A stretch of DNA of 64,000 nt, taken from NCBI GenBank assembly GCA_023623175.1, contig JAMNXU010000026.1, positions 10,383-74,382 on the forward strand, read 5' to 3'. The notes below the pieces were generated by a model. The model ran no database searches. It was not told where the DNA came from and saw only the letters and a list, made by a program, of their open reading frames with translations. The translations under genes and the position numbers were made by a program. Below, piece by piece: positions 20,858 through 32,145 of the stretch. This DNA comes from Bacillota bacterium. GTDB taxonomy: Bacteria > Bacillota > Clostridia > Acetivibrionales > JAMNXU01. Every line of letters begins with the position of its first letter. Within the stretch, counting starts at the first letter, position 1.

Positions 20858-21283
20858 TTACTTGGCCGCTGCCGATTTCGGCCTTTTTGCACCGTACTTG
20901 GAGCGTCCCTGCTTCCTGTTGGCAACACCGGCCGTGTCAAGGGTTCCCCTGATAATGTGGTACCTTACACCAGGCAAATCCTTAACCCTGCCGCCCCTGA
21001 TAAGAACAACGCTGTGTTCCTGCAGGTTGTGTCCAATACCGGGAATATAAGCGGTAACCTCGATACCGTTTGTAAGACGCACTCTTGCTACCTTTCTGAG
21101 AGCTGAATTCGGCTTCTTGGGGGTAACGGTCTTTACAACGGTGCAAACGCCTCTCTTTTGAGGGCTGTTAACCTTGATCGGCTTCTTTTTCAATGTATTG
21201 AAGCCTCTCAGCAGGGCAGGGGCAGTTGACTTCCTGGCAACGCTTTTCCTTCCCTTCCTTACCAGCTGGTTAAACGTCGGCAT
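20858..21283 (-). CDS. rpsL: 30S ribosomal protein S12
   Basis: The sequence begins [13 protein letters not shown] and contains [16 protein letters not shown]. The start is set at 21283. Confidence 0.95.
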   Translation of the reverse strand: MPTFNQLVRKGRKSVARKSTAPALLRGFNTLKKKPIKVNSPQKRGVCTVVKTVTPKKPNSALRKVARVRLTNGIEVTAYIPGIGHNLQEHSVVLIRGGRVKDLPGVRYHIIRGTLDTAGVANRKQGRSKYGAKRPKSAAAK

Positions 21284-21305
21284 CCATACACCTCCTTTCA
21301 ATAAA

Positions 21306-21566
21306 TCAGTTGTTTTCCTGTGTATCCTTGAGCAGGCACACCACTGATGCGCCCACATCAATACCGCTTGCTTTGCCCAACAGCTTCATGGAATCCGCGT
21401 AGCTTAGCTGGGCTGAATGCTTTTCGCACAAACTGACAATGGTATCCTGGATCTTTTTGTCGCAATCTCTCGCAAGATAAACAATTTCGGCTTTACCGGC
21501 CTGGATTGCCTTGACAGACTGTTTGAACCCCACTGTCTTTTTCTTTGTTTTTAAATTGTCAATCAC
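21306..21566 (-). CDS. Ribosome-associated L7Ae-like (K-turn binding) protein, YbxF type
   Basis: The 86-aa L7Ae fold pattern and its position between rpoC and rpsL match Bacillus ybxF. Confidence 0.75.
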   Translation of the reverse strand: MIDNLKTKKKTVGFKQSVKAIQAGKAEIVYLARDCDKKIQDTIVSLCEKHSAQLSYADSMKLLGKASGIDVGASVVCLLKDTQENN

Positions 21567-21691
21567 TTTTATATCCTCCTGATAATACTACCAGTAGGCT
21601 TTAAATTGCCATTTTTTATAATTTCCCGTTTAACATACTGAAATATTGTACACCGGCTGACCGGATTTGTCAAGATGGCACAAATAGCCGG

Positions 21692-21720
21692 GATAAAGGA
21701 CCGAAAGCTGTTTCCGGCCC
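21692..21720 (-). terminator. Possible weak terminator/attenuator after rpoC
   Basis: A 9-bp stem on the minus strand has two G.U pairs, which would be A.C mismatches on the plus strand. It is followed by UUUAU. Confidence 0.4.
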
Positions 21721-21754
21721 TTTTTTCCGTTCGGTTTCTCCCTGCTTTGCTTCT

Positions 21755-24700
21755 CTATTCCTCGACCGTTTCTATGGCTATGTCCTTGTAGCGGCTCATG
21801 CCTGTGCCGGCCGGGATAAGTTTTCCTATAATGACATTTTCCTTCAGACCTACCAGCGGATCGATCTTTCCTTTTATGGCAGCTTCCGTCAGGACGCGCG
21901 TTGTTTCCTGGAACGATGCTGCCGAGAGGAACGAATCCGTAGCAAGCGTAGCCTTCGTGATTCCAAGAAGTACCCTCTTGCCCTCGGCAGGCCTGAGACC
22001 TTCCGCCTCGACCCTCCTGTTTTCCCTTTCAAATTCAAACATATCCACGAGGCCTCCGGGCAGGAGGTTCGTGTCTCCCGGATCGTCCACCTTAATCTTG
22101 CGAAGCATCTGGCGGACTATAACCTCGATGTGCTTGTCATTTATATCAACGCCCTGCAGCCTGTAAACCCTTTGCACTTCGTGCAGCAGGTACTGCTGGA
22201 CCGCCTTGACGCCCTTGATTTTCAAAATGTCGTGAGGATTTACGGAACCTTCGGTCAGCTCGTCGCCGGCTTCCACCCTGTCGCCGTCCGAAACCTTTAT
22301 TCTCGAACCGTAGGGTATCAGGTACGTCATCGATGTTCCGTCGTCGGCTGTTACGATTACCTCTCTCCTCTTCTTGGTATCGCTCAGCTTGACGGTACCG
22401 GAAATTTCGCTGATGATCGCAAGTCCTTTCGGCTTTCTCGCTTCAAACAGCTCCTCGACACGCGGGAGACCCTGGGTGATGTCGTCTCCTGCTATACCAC
22501 CGGTATGGAAGGTTCTCATCGTGAGCTGGGTACCCGGTTCGCCTATGGACTGGGCGGCGATTATACCAACGGCTTCGCCGATGTTGACCTCTTCACCCGT
22601 TGCAAGGTTCCTTCCGTAACATTTAGCGCAAACGCCGTATTCCGAACGGCACGTGAGCACCGAACGTATGCCGACCTTCTTATAACCCGCTTCAATAATC
22701 CTCCTGGCTATATCGTCGTCAATCATCTGGTCGGTGTCCACTATTACTTCTCCGGTCCTGGGATCTATAATGGGCTCAATCGGGTATCTTCCGGTTATTC
22801 TTTCTTCAAGGCTCTCGATTACTTCATTTCCGTCCTTGATGTCAGTTACCTCGACGCCCTCGCTGGTGCCGCAGTCATACTCCCTGACTATAATATCCTG
22901 GCTGACTTCAACGAGACGCCTTGTCAGGTATCCGGAGTCTGCCGTTCTGAGAGCCGTGTCAGCAAGACCTTTTCTAGCGCCGTGAGCTGAAATGAAGTAT
23001 TCCAGGACGTTCAAGCCTTCGCGCAGGTTCGACTTGATCGGATGTTCCATCGTACGACCCGTGGTATTGGCAATAAGTCCCCTCATACCTGCAAGCTGCT
23101 TGATCTGGTTAATGTTACCTCTTGCTCCCGAATGCTGCATCATGTACAGCGGATTAAGCCTGCTCAGGTTAGCGAACAGGGCCTTTGTAATATTTTCGCT
23201 GGTCTCGGTCCATATGCTTATGACAGCGTTGTATCTTTCATCATTGGATATGAGACCTCTCTTGTACTGCCTCATGACGCTTTCTATACGTTTTTCGGCT
23301 TCTTCGAGGTAACGCTTCTTGACTTCGGGAATAACCATGTCCGAAATACTGATGGTTATTGCCCCGATAGTGGAGTATTTGAAGCCCAGTGTCTTTATCC
23401 TGTCCAGGATCACGGCCGTTTCTGTGGTGCCATGAACCTTGATGCACCTGTCCACGATGTCCTTGAGTTCCTTGCTTCCGACGAGGAAGTCCACTTCAAG
23501 GTTGAACATCTGCTCAGGATCCTTCCTGTTGACATAGCCAAGATCCTGGGGTATCGCTTCATTGAACAGCAGCTTTCCTACGGTTGTGTTTATTAGCTTG
23601 TGCACGGGCTTGCCGTCAATGGTTTTGGTCATCCTGACCTTTATCTTTGAATGTAAAGTTACAATTCCTTCATCATAGGCCATGATCGCCTCTTCAGGCG
23701 AAGTGAACACCCTGCCTTCTCCCTTGTCTCCTTCGCGCTCGATGGTCAGGTAATAGCATCCGAGCACCATGTCCTGCGTCGGTACTGCCACAGGCTTTCC
23801 GTCCTGGGGCTTCAGCAGGTTATGGGCTGAAAGCATGAGGAAACGAGCTTCCGCCTGGGCTTCCGCTGACAACGGCACGTGAACGGCCATCTGGTCTCCG
23901 TCAAAGTCGGCATTGTAAGCGGTACAGACCAGCGGATGAAGCTGCAGCGCTCTTCCTTCAATAAGCACGGGTTCAAATGCCTGGATACCAAGGCGATGAA
24001 GCGTGGGAGCGCGGTTAAGCAGTACCGGATGTTCCTTGATAACCTCGGCGAGAACATCCCAGACTTCGGGTCTTACCCTTTCCACCATTCTCTTCGCGCT
24101 CTTTATATTATGAGCCATTCCGTCATTGACGAGCTTTTTCATTACAAACGGCTTGAACAGCTCAAGGGCCATTTCGCTCGGGAGTCCGCACTGGTAAATC
24201 TTAAGTTCGGGACCCACGACGATAACCGAACGGCCTGAATAGTCAACACGTTTACCAAGCAGGTTTTGCCTGAATCTTCCCTGCTTTCCCTTTAGCATGT
24301 CGGACAGCGACTTGAGCGGCCTGTTGCCGGGACCGGTTACAGGTCTGCCCCTCCTGCCGTTGTCTATCAGCGCGTCGACGGCTTCCTGCAGCATCCTCTT
24401 TTCGTTCCTGACAATTATGTCCGGCGCGCCTAAATCAAGCAGTCTCTTGAGACGGTTGTTCCTGTTTATGACCCTCCTGTACAGATCGTTGAGGTCCGAC
24501 GTGGCAAACCTGCCGCCGTCCAGCTGGACCATCGGGCGAAGTTCGGGAGGTATGACGGGGATGACGTCGAGTATCATCCACTCGGGGCGGTTGCCCGACA
24601 GGCGGAACGATTCAACAACCTCGAGCCTTTTCAGCGCCCTTATCCTTTTCTGACCCGTCGCTTCCTTGAGCTCGTTCCTGAGTTCCTTCGAAAGTTCATC

Positions 24701-25252
24701 GAGGTCCAGCTCCTGGAGCAGTTCCTTTATTGCCTCGGCGCCCATTCCGGCCCTGAAGTTGTTTCCGAATTTCTCAAGGCTGTCGCGGTATTCTTTCTCG
24801 GACATTACCTGCTTCTTTGAAAGCGGCGTCTGGCCGGGGTCAATAACCACGTAGGCAGCAAAATACAATACCTTTTCCAGCGCCCTCGGCGACATGTCAA
24901 GAATCAGGCCCATGCGGCTCGGTATGCCCTTGAAATACCATATATGGGATACAGGGGCGGCGAGTTCAATATGCCCCATTCTTTCCCTTCTGACCTTGGA
25001 CCGCGTAATTTCAACTCCGCAGCGGTCGCAAACAATTCCCTTGTAACGTATCCTCTTGTACTTTCCGCAATGGCATTCCCAGTCCTTTTGCGGTCCGAAA
25101 ATCCTTTCGCAGAAAAGGCCGTCCCTTTCGGGCTTCAAAGTTCTATAGTTAATGGTTTCAGGCTTCTTGACCTCGCCCTTGGACCATTCCCTTATCTTCT
25201 CCGGAGATGCAAGACTTATTCTTATTGAATCAAATGAGTTCTGTTCAAACAT
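21755..25252 (-). CDS. rpoC: DNA-directed RNA polymerase subunit beta'
   Basis: Full-length RpoC, including the NADFDGD catalytic motif. Confidence 0.98.
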   Translation of the reverse strand: MFEQNSFDSIRISLASPEKIREWSKGEVKKPETINYRTLKPERDGLFCERIFGPQKDWECHCGKYKRIRYKGIVCDRCGVEITRSKVRRERMGHIELAAPVSHIWYFKGIPSRMGLILDMSPRALEKVLYFAAYVVIDPGQTPLSKKQVMSEKEYRDSLEKFGNNFRAGMGAEAIKELLQELDLDELSKELRNELKEATGQKRIRALKRLEVVESFRLSGNRPEWMILDVIPVIPPELRPMVQLDGGRFATSDLNDLYRRVINRNNRLKRLLDLGAPDIIVRNEKRMLQEAVDALIDNGRRGRPVTGPGNRPLKSLSDMLKGKQGRFRQNLLGKRVDYSGRSVIVVGPELKIYQCGLPSEMALELFKPFVMKKLVNDGMAHNIKSAKRMVERVRPEVWDVLAEVIKEHPVLLNRAPTLHRLGIQAFEPVLIEGRALQLHPLVCTAYNADFDGDQMAVHVPLSAEAQAEARFLMLSAHNLLKPQDGKPVAVPTQDMVLGCYYLTIEREGDKGEGRVFTSPEEAIMAYDEGIVTLHSKIKVRMTKTIDGKPVHKLINTTVGKLLFNEAIPQDLGYVNRKDPEQMFNLEVDFLVGSKELKDIVDRCIKVHGTTETAVILDRIKTLGFKYSTIGAITISISDMVIPEVKKRYLEEAEKRIESVMRQYKRGLISNDERYNAVISIWTETSENITKALFANLSRLNPLYMMQHSGARGNINQIKQLAGMRGLIANTTGRTMEHPIKSNLREGLNVLEYFISAHGARKGLADTALRTADSGYLTRRLVEVSQDIIVREYDCGTSEGVEVTDIKDGNEVIESLEERITGRYPIEPIIDPRTGEVIVDTDQMIDDDIARRIIEAGYKKVGIRSVLTCRSEYGVCAKCYGRNLATGEEVNIGEAVGIIAAQSIGEPGTQLTMRTFHTGGIAGDDITQGLPRVEELFEARKPKGLAIISEISGTVKLSDTKKRREVIVTADDGTSMTYLIPYGSRIKVSDGDRVEAGDELTEGSVNPHDILKIKGVKAVQQYLLHEVQRVYRLQGVDINDKHIEVIVRQMLRKIKVDDPGDTNLLPGGLVDMFEFERENRRVEAEGLRPAEGKRVLLGITKATLATDSFLSAASFQETTRVLTEAAIKGKIDPLVGLKENVIIGKLIPAGTGMSRYKDIAIETVEE

Positions 25253-25277
25253 TTTAAACGTTCATCTCCTTCTTAAA

Positions 25278-28200
25278 TTATTCCTTGCCTTCGTCGTCGG
25301 AATCCCCGAGAACATCGTCTTCAAGGTCGATGGCCTCACTTTCGCCGTCGGAGTCCATTTCAAAAAGCTTGTCGGTAAGATCGGCATCAAGGTTGTCATC
25401 CAGATCCATGTCAAAATCGTCGATGTCCGCATCAAGGCCGTCGTCAAGAATGTCATTGAGGGCATCGTCAAGCTTGTCGCCGAGGTCACCGTCGGAAACG
25501 ATATCGGAAAGCTCGAGATCGTCAATATCCATGTCGTCCTCCGATACATCCTCGGCTTCATCGAACTCTCCAAGCGGGACATCGTCCTCGCGTCCCTCGA
25601 TATTGACGCTGAGATCCTCGAGTTCGTCGTCCACGGACTCCTCGATCGCCACTTCTTCCTTCTCCTCTGAATAAACCTTGATGTCAAGGCACAGGCTCTG
25701 CAATTCCTTGATCAGCACCTTGAAGGATTCCGGAATGCCCGGTTCGGGAACGTTTTCTCCCTTTACGATAGCTTCGTAGGTTTTTACCCTTCCGACAACG
25801 TCATCGGACTTCACCGTCAGCAGCTCCTGCAAAGTGTAAGCTGCACCGTAGGCTTCGAGAGCCCATACTTCCATTTCTCCGAACCTCTGCCCGCCGAACT
25901 GGGCTTTTCCTCCGAGAGGCTGCTGCGTAACGAGCGAGTAAGGTCCGGTTGACCTTGCGTGAATCTTGTCGTCCACGAGATGGAGCAGTTTCATCATGTA
26001 CATGTATCCGACGGTTACACGGTTTTCAAACGGAAGACCGGTTCTGCCGTCGTAAAGTATGCTCTTTCCGTCCTCAGCAAGATTTGCGAGCCGCAAGGTT
26101 TCTATAATATCCTCCTCGGTCGCTCCGTCAAATACCGGCGAAGCCACTTTCCATCCAAGAGCTTTGGCTGCGTATCCCAGGTGCACTTCCAGGACCTGGC
26201 CGATATTCATACGTGACGGAACGCCCAGCGGGTTGAGAACTATTTCGAGAGGCGTGCCGTCAGGAAGGAACGGCATATCTTCTTCAGGGAGTATTCTTGA
26301 AATAACACCCTTGTTACCGTGTCTTCCTGCCATCTTGTCACCTACGGATATCTTTCTCTTATGCGCCACGTAAACCCTGACAAGCTGGTTGACCCCGGGC
26401 GGCAATTCGTCCCCGTTTTCTCTCGTAAATACTTTCACGTCAACAACAATACCCTGCTCGCCATGGGGAACCCTGAGGGAAGTATCGCGCACCTCCCTGG
26501 CCTTTTCACCGAAGATGGCCCTGAGCAGTCTTTCTTCGGCTGTAAGCTCCGTTTCTCCCTTGGGAGTAACCTTGCCCACAAGTATGTCTCCCGACCTGAC
26601 TTCGGCGCCGATTCTGACTATTCCCCTTTCATCGAGGTCTTTCAGAGTATCTTCGCCTACGTTGGGAATATCCCTTGTTATTTCCTCGGGACCCAGCTTG
26701 GTGTCCCTGGCTTCAGCTTCGTATTCCTCTATGTGAATTGAAGTGAAAATATCTTCCTTAACCAGTTTTTCGCTGATCAGTATGGCGTCCTCATAGTTGT
26801 AGCCTTCCCAGGACATGAAACCTATGAGCACGTTCCTGCCCAGGGAAATTTCACCGTTATCCGTTGAAGGACCGTCGGCTATCACATCTCCCTTTTCAAC
26901 CCTGTCGCCCTTGCGTACAATGGGTCTCTGGTTGATGCAGGTGCCCTGGTTTGAACGCACAAATTTGAGCAGCTTGTATACGTCTTTTTTGCCGTCATCG
27001 GTCTTCACGATTATTTGATCGGAAGCGACCTTTTCAACGTAACCGCTGTTCTTTGCAATGACAACAACGCCTGAATCGATGGCCGCCTTGTATTCCATGC
27101 CGGTGCCGATGATCGGGCTTTCGGTCTTGATAAGCGGCACGGCCTGGCGCTGCATGTTGGCTCCCATGAGTGCGCGGTTGGCATCATCGTTTTCCAGGAA
27201 CGGGATCATCGCCGTTGCCACCGAAACCAGCTGTTTCGGCGAAACGTCCATAAAGTCTACCTTATCCCTTTCCACCTCGATAATGTCCTCGCCGTATCGG
27301 CAAAGCAGCTTCTGATTGACAAACCATCCGTTTTCATCAAGCGGCTCGGTGGACGGAGCAATCCTGTACTCATCCTCTTCGTCAGCCGTGAGATATACTA
27401 TTTTATCGGTAACTTTCTTGTTTTCCTGGTCAACAACCCTGTACGGAGCTTCAATAAAGCCGTACTCGTTTATACGCGCGTAAGTGCTGAGCTGGCTTAT
27501 CAGACCGATGTTCGGACCTTCAGGAGTTTCTATCGGGCACATGCGGCCGTAGTGGGAATGATGGACGTCACGCACTTCAAAGCCTGCCCTTTCCCTGCTC
27601 AAACCTCCGGGGCCCAGTGCGCTGAGCCTTCTCTTATGCGCAAGCTCAGCCAGCGGGTTGGGCTGGTCCATGAACTGCGACAACTGGCTGCTTCCGAAGA
27701 ACTCCTTGATTGCCGCCACAACGGGCCTGATGTTAATCAGGTTCTGCGGCGTTGCCACATCAAGGTCCTGGATTGTCATACGCTCCTTGACAACCCTTTC
27801 CATCCTCGCGAGACCGATCCTGAACTGGTTCTGGAGCAGTTCTCCCACCGAGCGCAGCCTCCTGTTCCCAAGATGGTCGATGTCATCGGTGGTCCCGACT
27901 CCGTGGTTGAGGTTGAAAAGGTAATTGACGGAAGCAATTATGTCTTCGCGCGTAATATGCTTGGGCACAAGCTCGTCTGCTCTTTCTTTCAGGGCTCTCT
28001 TTATTTCCTCGGGAGTCCTGTTTGCTTCGAGTATTTCCTTGAGCACGTCATACTTGACTTTTTCCTTTATTCCCGTGTCGCTTACATCGAAATCACAGAA
28101 CGCCCGGAGATTTACTGTCCCGTTTCCTATAACCTTTACCTTTTTACCTTCCACAGACAGGTAAACTTCATTTATTCCCGCGTCCTGGATTTGCTCCGCT

Positions 28201-29138
28201 TTCTTTCTATCAATAAGCTCATCCGCCGCGACAAGAATCTCGCCGGTTTCAGGATCAACGACGTCTTCCGCGGCTCTGAAGCCGTTTATTCTCGCAGCCA
28301 GTGAAAGTTTTTTGTTAAACTTGAACCTTCCTACCTTGGCAAGGTCGTATCTTTTTGAATCAAAGAAAAGATTGTTCAAAAGATTCTGGGCGCTTTCAAC
28401 GGTTGGAGGCTCGCCCGGTCTCAGCCTCTTGTATATTTCAAGCAGACCTTCTTCAGCGGACTTGGCATTGTCCTTCTGAATGGTGGCAAGAACCCTTTCG
28501 TCTTCTCCGAGAAGCTCAGTGATCTCGAGATCCGTGCCGAATCCAAGGGCTCTTATAAGAACGGTGATGGGAAGCTTTCTCGTCCTGTCGATTCTCACAT
28601 ACACAACATCGCTGGAATCGGTTTCATATTCCAGCCATGCACCGCGGTTAGGAATAACGGTGCTGGAGAAAAGCTTTTTCCCCAATTTGTCAATTTTCAT
28701 GTCATAGTAAATTCCCGGCGATCTGACGAGCTGGCTGACAATAACCCTCTCGGCGCCGTTTATGATAAACGTGCCGTTATCGGTCATGAGCGGGAAATCG
28801 CCCATGAATATTTCCTGCTCCTTGACCTCTCCGGTCTCCTTGTTAATAAGGCGGACCTTCACTTTCAAAGGAGCCGCATAGGTCGCATCCCTTTCCTTGC
28901 ATTCTTCCACTGAATACTTGGGTTTTTCGTCGAGACTATAGCCTACAAATTCGAGGATTAAATTACCGGTATAGTCAGTTATTGGAGATACATCCCTGAA
29001 GACTTCCATCAAGCCTTCTTCTTTGAACCATTGGTAGGAATTTTTTTGTACTTCAATGAGATTTGGCATTTCTAAAATTTCTTCGATTCTGGAGTAGCTC
29101 ATTCTAGTATTCTTGCCCAATTTTACAGGGTGCACCAT
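25278..29138 (-). CDS. rpoB: DNA-directed RNA polymerase subunit beta, with about 130-aa acidic C-terminal extension
   Basis: Full-length RpoB. The last roughly 129 residues are about half Asp/Glu. Confidence 0.98.
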   Translation of the reverse strand: MVHPVKLGKNTRMSYSRIEEILEMPNLIEVQKNSYQWFKEEGLMEVFRDVSPITDYTGNLILEFVGYSLDEKPKYSVEECKERDATYAAPLKVKVRLINKETGEVKEQEIFMGDFPLMTDNGTFIINGAERVIVSQLVRSPGIYYDMKIDKLGKKLFSSTVIPNRGAWLEYETDSSDVVYVRIDRTRKLPITVLIRALGFGTDLEITELLGEDERVLATIQKDNAKSAEEGLLEIYKRLRPGEPPTVESAQNLLNNLFFDSKRYDLAKVGRFKFNKKLSLAARINGFRAAEDVVDPETGEILVAADELIDRKKAEQIQDAGINEVYLSVEGKKVKVIGNGTVNLRAFCDFDVSDTGIKEKVKYDVLKEILEANRTPEEIKRALKERADELVPKHITREDIIASVNYLFNLNHGVGTTDDIDHLGNRRLRSVGELLQNQFRIGLARMERVVKERMTIQDLDVATPQNLINIRPVVAAIKEFFGSSQLSQFMDQPNPLAELAHKRRLSALGPGGLSRERAGFEVRDVHHSHYGRMCPIETPEGPNIGLISQLSTYARINEYGFIEAPYRVVDQENKKVTDKIVYLTADEEDEYRIAPSTEPLDENGWFVNQKLLCRYGEDIIEVERDKVDFMDVSPKQLVSVATAMIPFLENDDANRALMGANMQRQAVPLIKTESPIIGTGMEYKAAIDSGVVVIAKNSGYVEKVASDQIIVKTDDGKKDVYKLLKFVRSNQGTCINQRPIVRKGDRVEKGDVIADGPSTDNGEISLGRNVLIGFMSWEGYNYEDAILISEKLVKEDIFTSIHIEEYEAEARDTKLGPEEITRDIPNVGEDTLKDLDERGIVRIGAEVRSGDILVGKVTPKGETELTAEERLLRAIFGEKAREVRDTSLRVPHGEQGIVVDVKVFTRENGDELPPGVNQLVRVYVAHKRKISVGDKMAGRHGNKGVISRILPEEDMPFLPDGTPLEIVLNPLGVPSRMNIGQVLEVHLGYAAKALGWKVASPVFDGATEEDIIETLRLANLAEDGKSILYDGRTGLPFENRVTVGYMYMMKLLHLVDDKIHARSTGPYSLVTQQPLGGKAQFGGQRFGEMEVWALEAYGAAYTLQELLTVKSDDVVGRVKTYEAIVKGENVPEPGIPESFKVLIKELQSLCLDIKVYSEEKEEVAIEESVDDELEDLSVNIEGREDDVPLGEFDEAEDVSEDDMDIDDLELSDIVSDGDLGDKLDDALNDILDDGLDADIDDFDMDLDDNLDADLTDKLFEMDSDGESEAIDLEDDVLGDSDDEGKE

Positions 29139-29338
29139 TAAAAATCACCTCATAAGTTATGACATAGTGTTGCCTGTCGGCGCGACGGGTTCTATGTACG
29201 GACCCCATGTGACAAGGGCTTCCGGCATTGCCGGAAACCTCGCAGTTTTATGTGATTTTGCGGGTATAAATTGCTAAAAAAAATCAAATACTAATCTTTG
29301 TCATTGTTTTACAGCCTTTAAAATATTATTAACAGTTA

Positions 29339-29367
29339 TTGCCTTGTTTATTCCGCTATGGTATAAT
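29339..29367 (+). promoter_or_regulatory. Candidate plus-strand promoter, divergent and back-to-back with the rpoB promoter, firing across that promoter's DNA into the repeat array
   Basis: TTGCCT - 17 nt - TATAAT, with the extended -10 TGgTATAAT. Confidence 0.35.
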
Positions 29368-29438
29368 CAGTCCAGGTTCAAATTTATCCTTGCGCCGGTT
29401 ACTGGGCACAGTGGTACTAAATTATAACGCAGTTTACA

Positions 29439-29467
29439 ATTCTAACATACAGCTTTCAACTTGTCAA
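29439..29467 (-). promoter_or_regulatory. Candidate sigma-A promoter of rpoBC
   Basis: The minus strand reads TTGACA - 17 nt - TAGAAT, preceded by TGT (extended -10-like). It leaves a 5' UTR of about 290 nt ending in the RBS GAGGTGA. Confidence 0.55.
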
Positions 29468-29498
29468 TAATTTGTCCTGCATTTTTTTGCATACAAGT

Positions 29499-29827
29499 GG
29501 GACACGGGGACGGTTCTCCTGTCCCACTTCTTTTTTGCCACACCCGGGACACGGGGGCGGTTCTCTTGTCCCACTCCTTTTTCGCAACACCCGGGACACG
29601 GGGGCGGTTCTCTTGTCTCACTCCTTTTTCGCAACACCCGGGACATGGGGACGGTTCTCTTGTCTCACTCCTTTTTCGCAACACCCGGGGCATGGGGACG
29701 GTTCTCTTGTCTCACTCCTTTTTCGCAACACCCGGGGCATAGGGACGGTTCTCTTGTCTCACTCCTTTTTCGCAACACCCGGGGCATGGGGACGGCTCTC
29801 TTGTCCCGCTTCTTTCTCTCCATTACA
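29499..29827 (+). repeat. Tandem array of 7 x 47 nt; each unit is a GGGACA...TGTCCC hairpin plus a T-tract
   Basis: The period is exact, with unit starts at 29499, 29546, 29593, 29640, 29687, 29734 and 29781. Neighbouring units differ by 1-2 nt. Confidence 0.9.
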
Positions 29828-29900
29828 ACCGGTATTTTCATGGTAATCTTGTACAAGCGGACGGTTCCCTTCGCGGTTCTTATCTTATACCCGGAAAACC

Positions 29901-29989
29901 GGGACAGAAGAACCGTCCCTGTGTCCCGAAGAACCGTCCCTGTGTCCCAGTTGGGACAGGAGAACCGTCCCCGTGTCCCGCCCGTGTCC
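29901..29989 (-). repeat. Inverted (minus-oriented) full and partial copies of the 27-nt hairpin core
   Basis: Segments 29901-29927 and 29953-29979 are reverse complements of the array core. Partial copies lie at 29928-29948 and 29980-29989. Confidence 0.85.
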
Positions 29990-30000
29990 TGAAGAAACCG

Positions 30001-30032
30001 AAAAAAGACTGCCTGTTTTTTTACAGACAGCC
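30001..30032 (-). terminator. Intrinsic terminator/attenuator directly after rplL
   Basis: The minus strand reads GGCUGUCUGU-AAAAAA-ACAGGCAGUC-UUUUUU. Its two G.U pairs would be mismatches on the plus strand. Confidence 0.65.
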
Positions 30033-30054
30033 TCTTTCGAATGGGCAAAAGTTG

Positions 30055-30444
30055 TTATTTTATTTCTACTACAGCGCCGACTTCCTTGAACTTTGCTTCG
30101 ATGGCAGCTGCTTCTTCCTTGGAGACGTTCTCCTTTACCGGCTTGGGAGCGCCTTCCACAAGGTCTTTTGCTTCCTTGAGGCCAAGGTTGGTTACTTCTC
30201 TGACAACCTTGATAACCTTGATCTTTTCAGGACCGACTTCCTTGAGGATTACGTCAAATTCGGTCTTTTCTTCTGCCGGAGCTGCTGCTTCACCGCCAGC
30301 TGCGGGAGCTGCTGCTGCAACTGCTACGGGAGCTGCTGCTGATACTCCGAATTTTTCTTCCAGTGCCTTTACAAGATCTGCAAGTTCAAGAACCGTAAGA
30401 GTTTCAATCTCGTTAATCAAATTTGTAACTTTTTCGCTAGCCAT
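30055..30444 (-). CDS. rplL: 50S ribosomal protein L7/L12
   Basis: Typical L12, with the Ala-rich hinge and the [22 protein letters not shown] block. Confidence 0.97.
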   Translation of the reverse strand: MASEKVTNLINEIETLTVLELADLVKALEEKFGVSAAAPVAVAAAAPAAGGEAAAPAEEKTEFDVILKEVGPEKIKVIKVVREVTNLGLKEAKDLVEGAPKPVKENVSKEEAAAIEAKFKEVGAVVEIK

Positions 30445-30607
30445 TTTCCATTTCCTCCATTATTTTAATTTTCATTTTGAAATTTCAGTATTAATAAGTT
30501 TCGTAAATAAGTTTCTAATTTGAATTAATAAATTAAATTGCAAGTTTTACTTTCCTCTAATAATTCACAATAATCCGGCCGGATAATTCAGCAGGATCTC
30601 AACGCCC

Positions 30608-31150
30608 TTAAACCGCGGCTTCCGCCTTTTCCTTCTTTTCCTTTATTGCGTTGAGAACGACTGCAAGTCCTCTCAGGTTGCCATTAAGCACATTAACCAG
30701 CCCGTAAATAGGAGCCTGCAATCCGCCAAGCACCTTGGCGATGAGAACTTCCTTCGACGGCAGCGAGGCCAGCGCCTTGATTCCTTCAAGGTCAATTACC
30801 TTTCCTTCAACTACTCCGACTTTCAATTCGAGCTTTTCGTATTTTTTCGCAAACTCGGAAAGGACTTTTGAAGGCGCTACCGGGTCTTCGCTCAGGGCAA
30901 TTGCTGTAGGCCCTTCGAGATAGGGTACGATGCTATCAAATCCGTTCTGCTCCATCGCAAGCTTGGTGAGCCTGTTCTTTACTACCTTGTACTCGACGCC
31001 CTCTTTCCTCAGCGCTCTTCTAAGTTCGGTATCCTGCTCGACGGTGAGCCCCCTGTAATCAGCGAGAACAAATGACTTTGCATTCTTTATCTTCTCACTG
31101 AGCTCACTTACGATCTGCTTTTTTTGTTCCAGTATTTTTTGGCTAGGCAT
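30608..31150 (-). CDS. rplJ: 50S ribosomal protein L10
   Basis: Typical L10 sequence, positioned upstream of rplL. Confidence 0.97.
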   Translation of the reverse strand: MPSQKILEQKKQIVSELSEKIKNAKSFVLADYRGLTVEQDTELRRALRKEGVEYKVVKNRLTKLAMEQNGFDSIVPYLEGPTAIALSEDPVAPSKVLSEFAKKYEKLELKVGVVEGKVIDLEGIKALASLPSKEVLIAKVLGGLQAPIYGLVNVLNGNLRGLAVVLNAIKEKKEKAEAAV

Positions 31151-31395
31151 TGTCCGACTTTCACCTCCTTAAGTCAGGTCCCGGCAAATCGACCGGAGCG
31201 AATTCACCGATGTTTCGATAAAATAATAAACCCCTCGCAGCATAGACATGCGAGGGGTACATTATACCCAATGTATAAAAATCACCTCGGCAGGAAGGCC
31301 GCGCGGCCTGTTACGCTTTCGCTCCTGCTGTCTATGGCTGCGCTATTAATTTGTGCAGTCAAACCAATTTGCAGTCAAATTACTTTGACAACAAA
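31151..31395 (-). promoter_or_regulatory. rplJ (L10) leader RNA with attenuator terminator
   Basis: The minus strand has an AGACAGCAGGAG...CCUGCCGAGG segment resembling the L10-binding rRNA mimic. It is followed by the hairpin CCCCUCGCA-N9-UGCGAGGGG plus UUUAUUAUUUU (about 31220-31258). The layout is as in the Bacillus L10 leader. Confidence 0.55.
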
Positions 31396-31399
31396 CTTT

Positions 31400-31428
31400 A
31401 TATTACAACATGATTCTAATTTTGTAAA
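31400..31428 (-). promoter_or_regulatory. Candidate promoter of rplJL
   Basis: The minus strand reads TTTACA - 17 nt - TAATAT. Confidence 0.45.
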
Positions 31429-31443
31429 GGTTTTTTTCCTTAC

Positions 31444-32145
31444 TTAGCGTTGTTCATTAACCCTTGCAGGATTGATCTTGATGCCGGGTCCCATCGTGGA
31501 TGCCACTACAACGCTCTTGAGGTACTGGCCCTTGGCTGCTGCCGGCTTTGCCTTGATAATGGCATCCAGCAATGTCTGGAAATTCTCCAGCAGCTTCTCG
31601 GTACCGAAGGAAACCTTGCCGATGGGGCAATGGATAATATTAGTCTTGTCAAGCCTGTACTCAATTTTACCGGCCTTAATATCCTTAACGGCTTTTGCCA
31701 CGTCCATTGTTACGGTACCGGCCTTGGGGTTCGGCATAAGGCCCTTGGGTCCCAGCAACTTACCAAGACGTCCGACAACGCCCATCATGTCCGGTGTTGC
31801 AACTACAACATCGTAATCAAACCAGTTTTCATTCTGTATTTTTGAAACGAGCTCTTCAGCCCCTACAAAATCTGCACCTGCTTCCTCTGCTTCCCTTGCC
31901 TTTTCTCCCTTGGCAAATACAAGCACTCTGACTGTTTTACCGGTTCCGTGGGGAAGCACAACGGCTCCTCTGACCTGCTGGTCAGCATGCCTGGAGTCAA
32001 CGCCCAGCCTGATATGGGCTTCCACGGTTTCATCAAATTTTGCCTTTGCAGTTTTCTGTACGAGCTCCAGTGCCTCGGCAGGGCTGTAAAGCATCGTTCT
32101 GTCCACGAGTTTCAAGCTTTCCTTATATTTCTTTCCTCTAAACAC
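31444..32145 (-). CDS. rplA: 50S ribosomal protein L1
   Basis: Typical L1 sequence. Confidence 0.97.
   Translation of the reverse strand: MFRGKKYKESLKLVDRTMLYSPAEALELVQKTAKAKFDETVEAHIRLGVDSRHADQQVRGAVVLPHGTGKTVRVLVFAKGEKAREAEEAGADFVGAEELVSKIQNENWFDYDVVVATPDMMGVVGRLGKLLGPKGLMPNPKAGTVTMDVAKAVKDIKAGKIEYRLDKTNIIHCPIGKVSFGTEKLLENFQTLLDAIIKAKPAAAKGQYLKSVVVASTMGPGIKINPARVNEQR

Noticed and set aside
29499-29827. The 47-nt array might be a CRISPR locus.
   Set aside because: The units abut directly with no unique spacers, the period is an exact 47 nt, and there are no cas genes or leader in the window. It is a plain tandem repeat.
29442-30048. Track ORFs across the repeat region (83, 60, 127 aa on minus; 93, 124, 115 aa on plus) might encode a repeat protein.
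   Set aside because: A 47-nt period is not divisible by 3, so the frame changes every unit and no single ORF spans the array. There is no RBS, and the peptides are simply frame-shifted echoes of the repeat.
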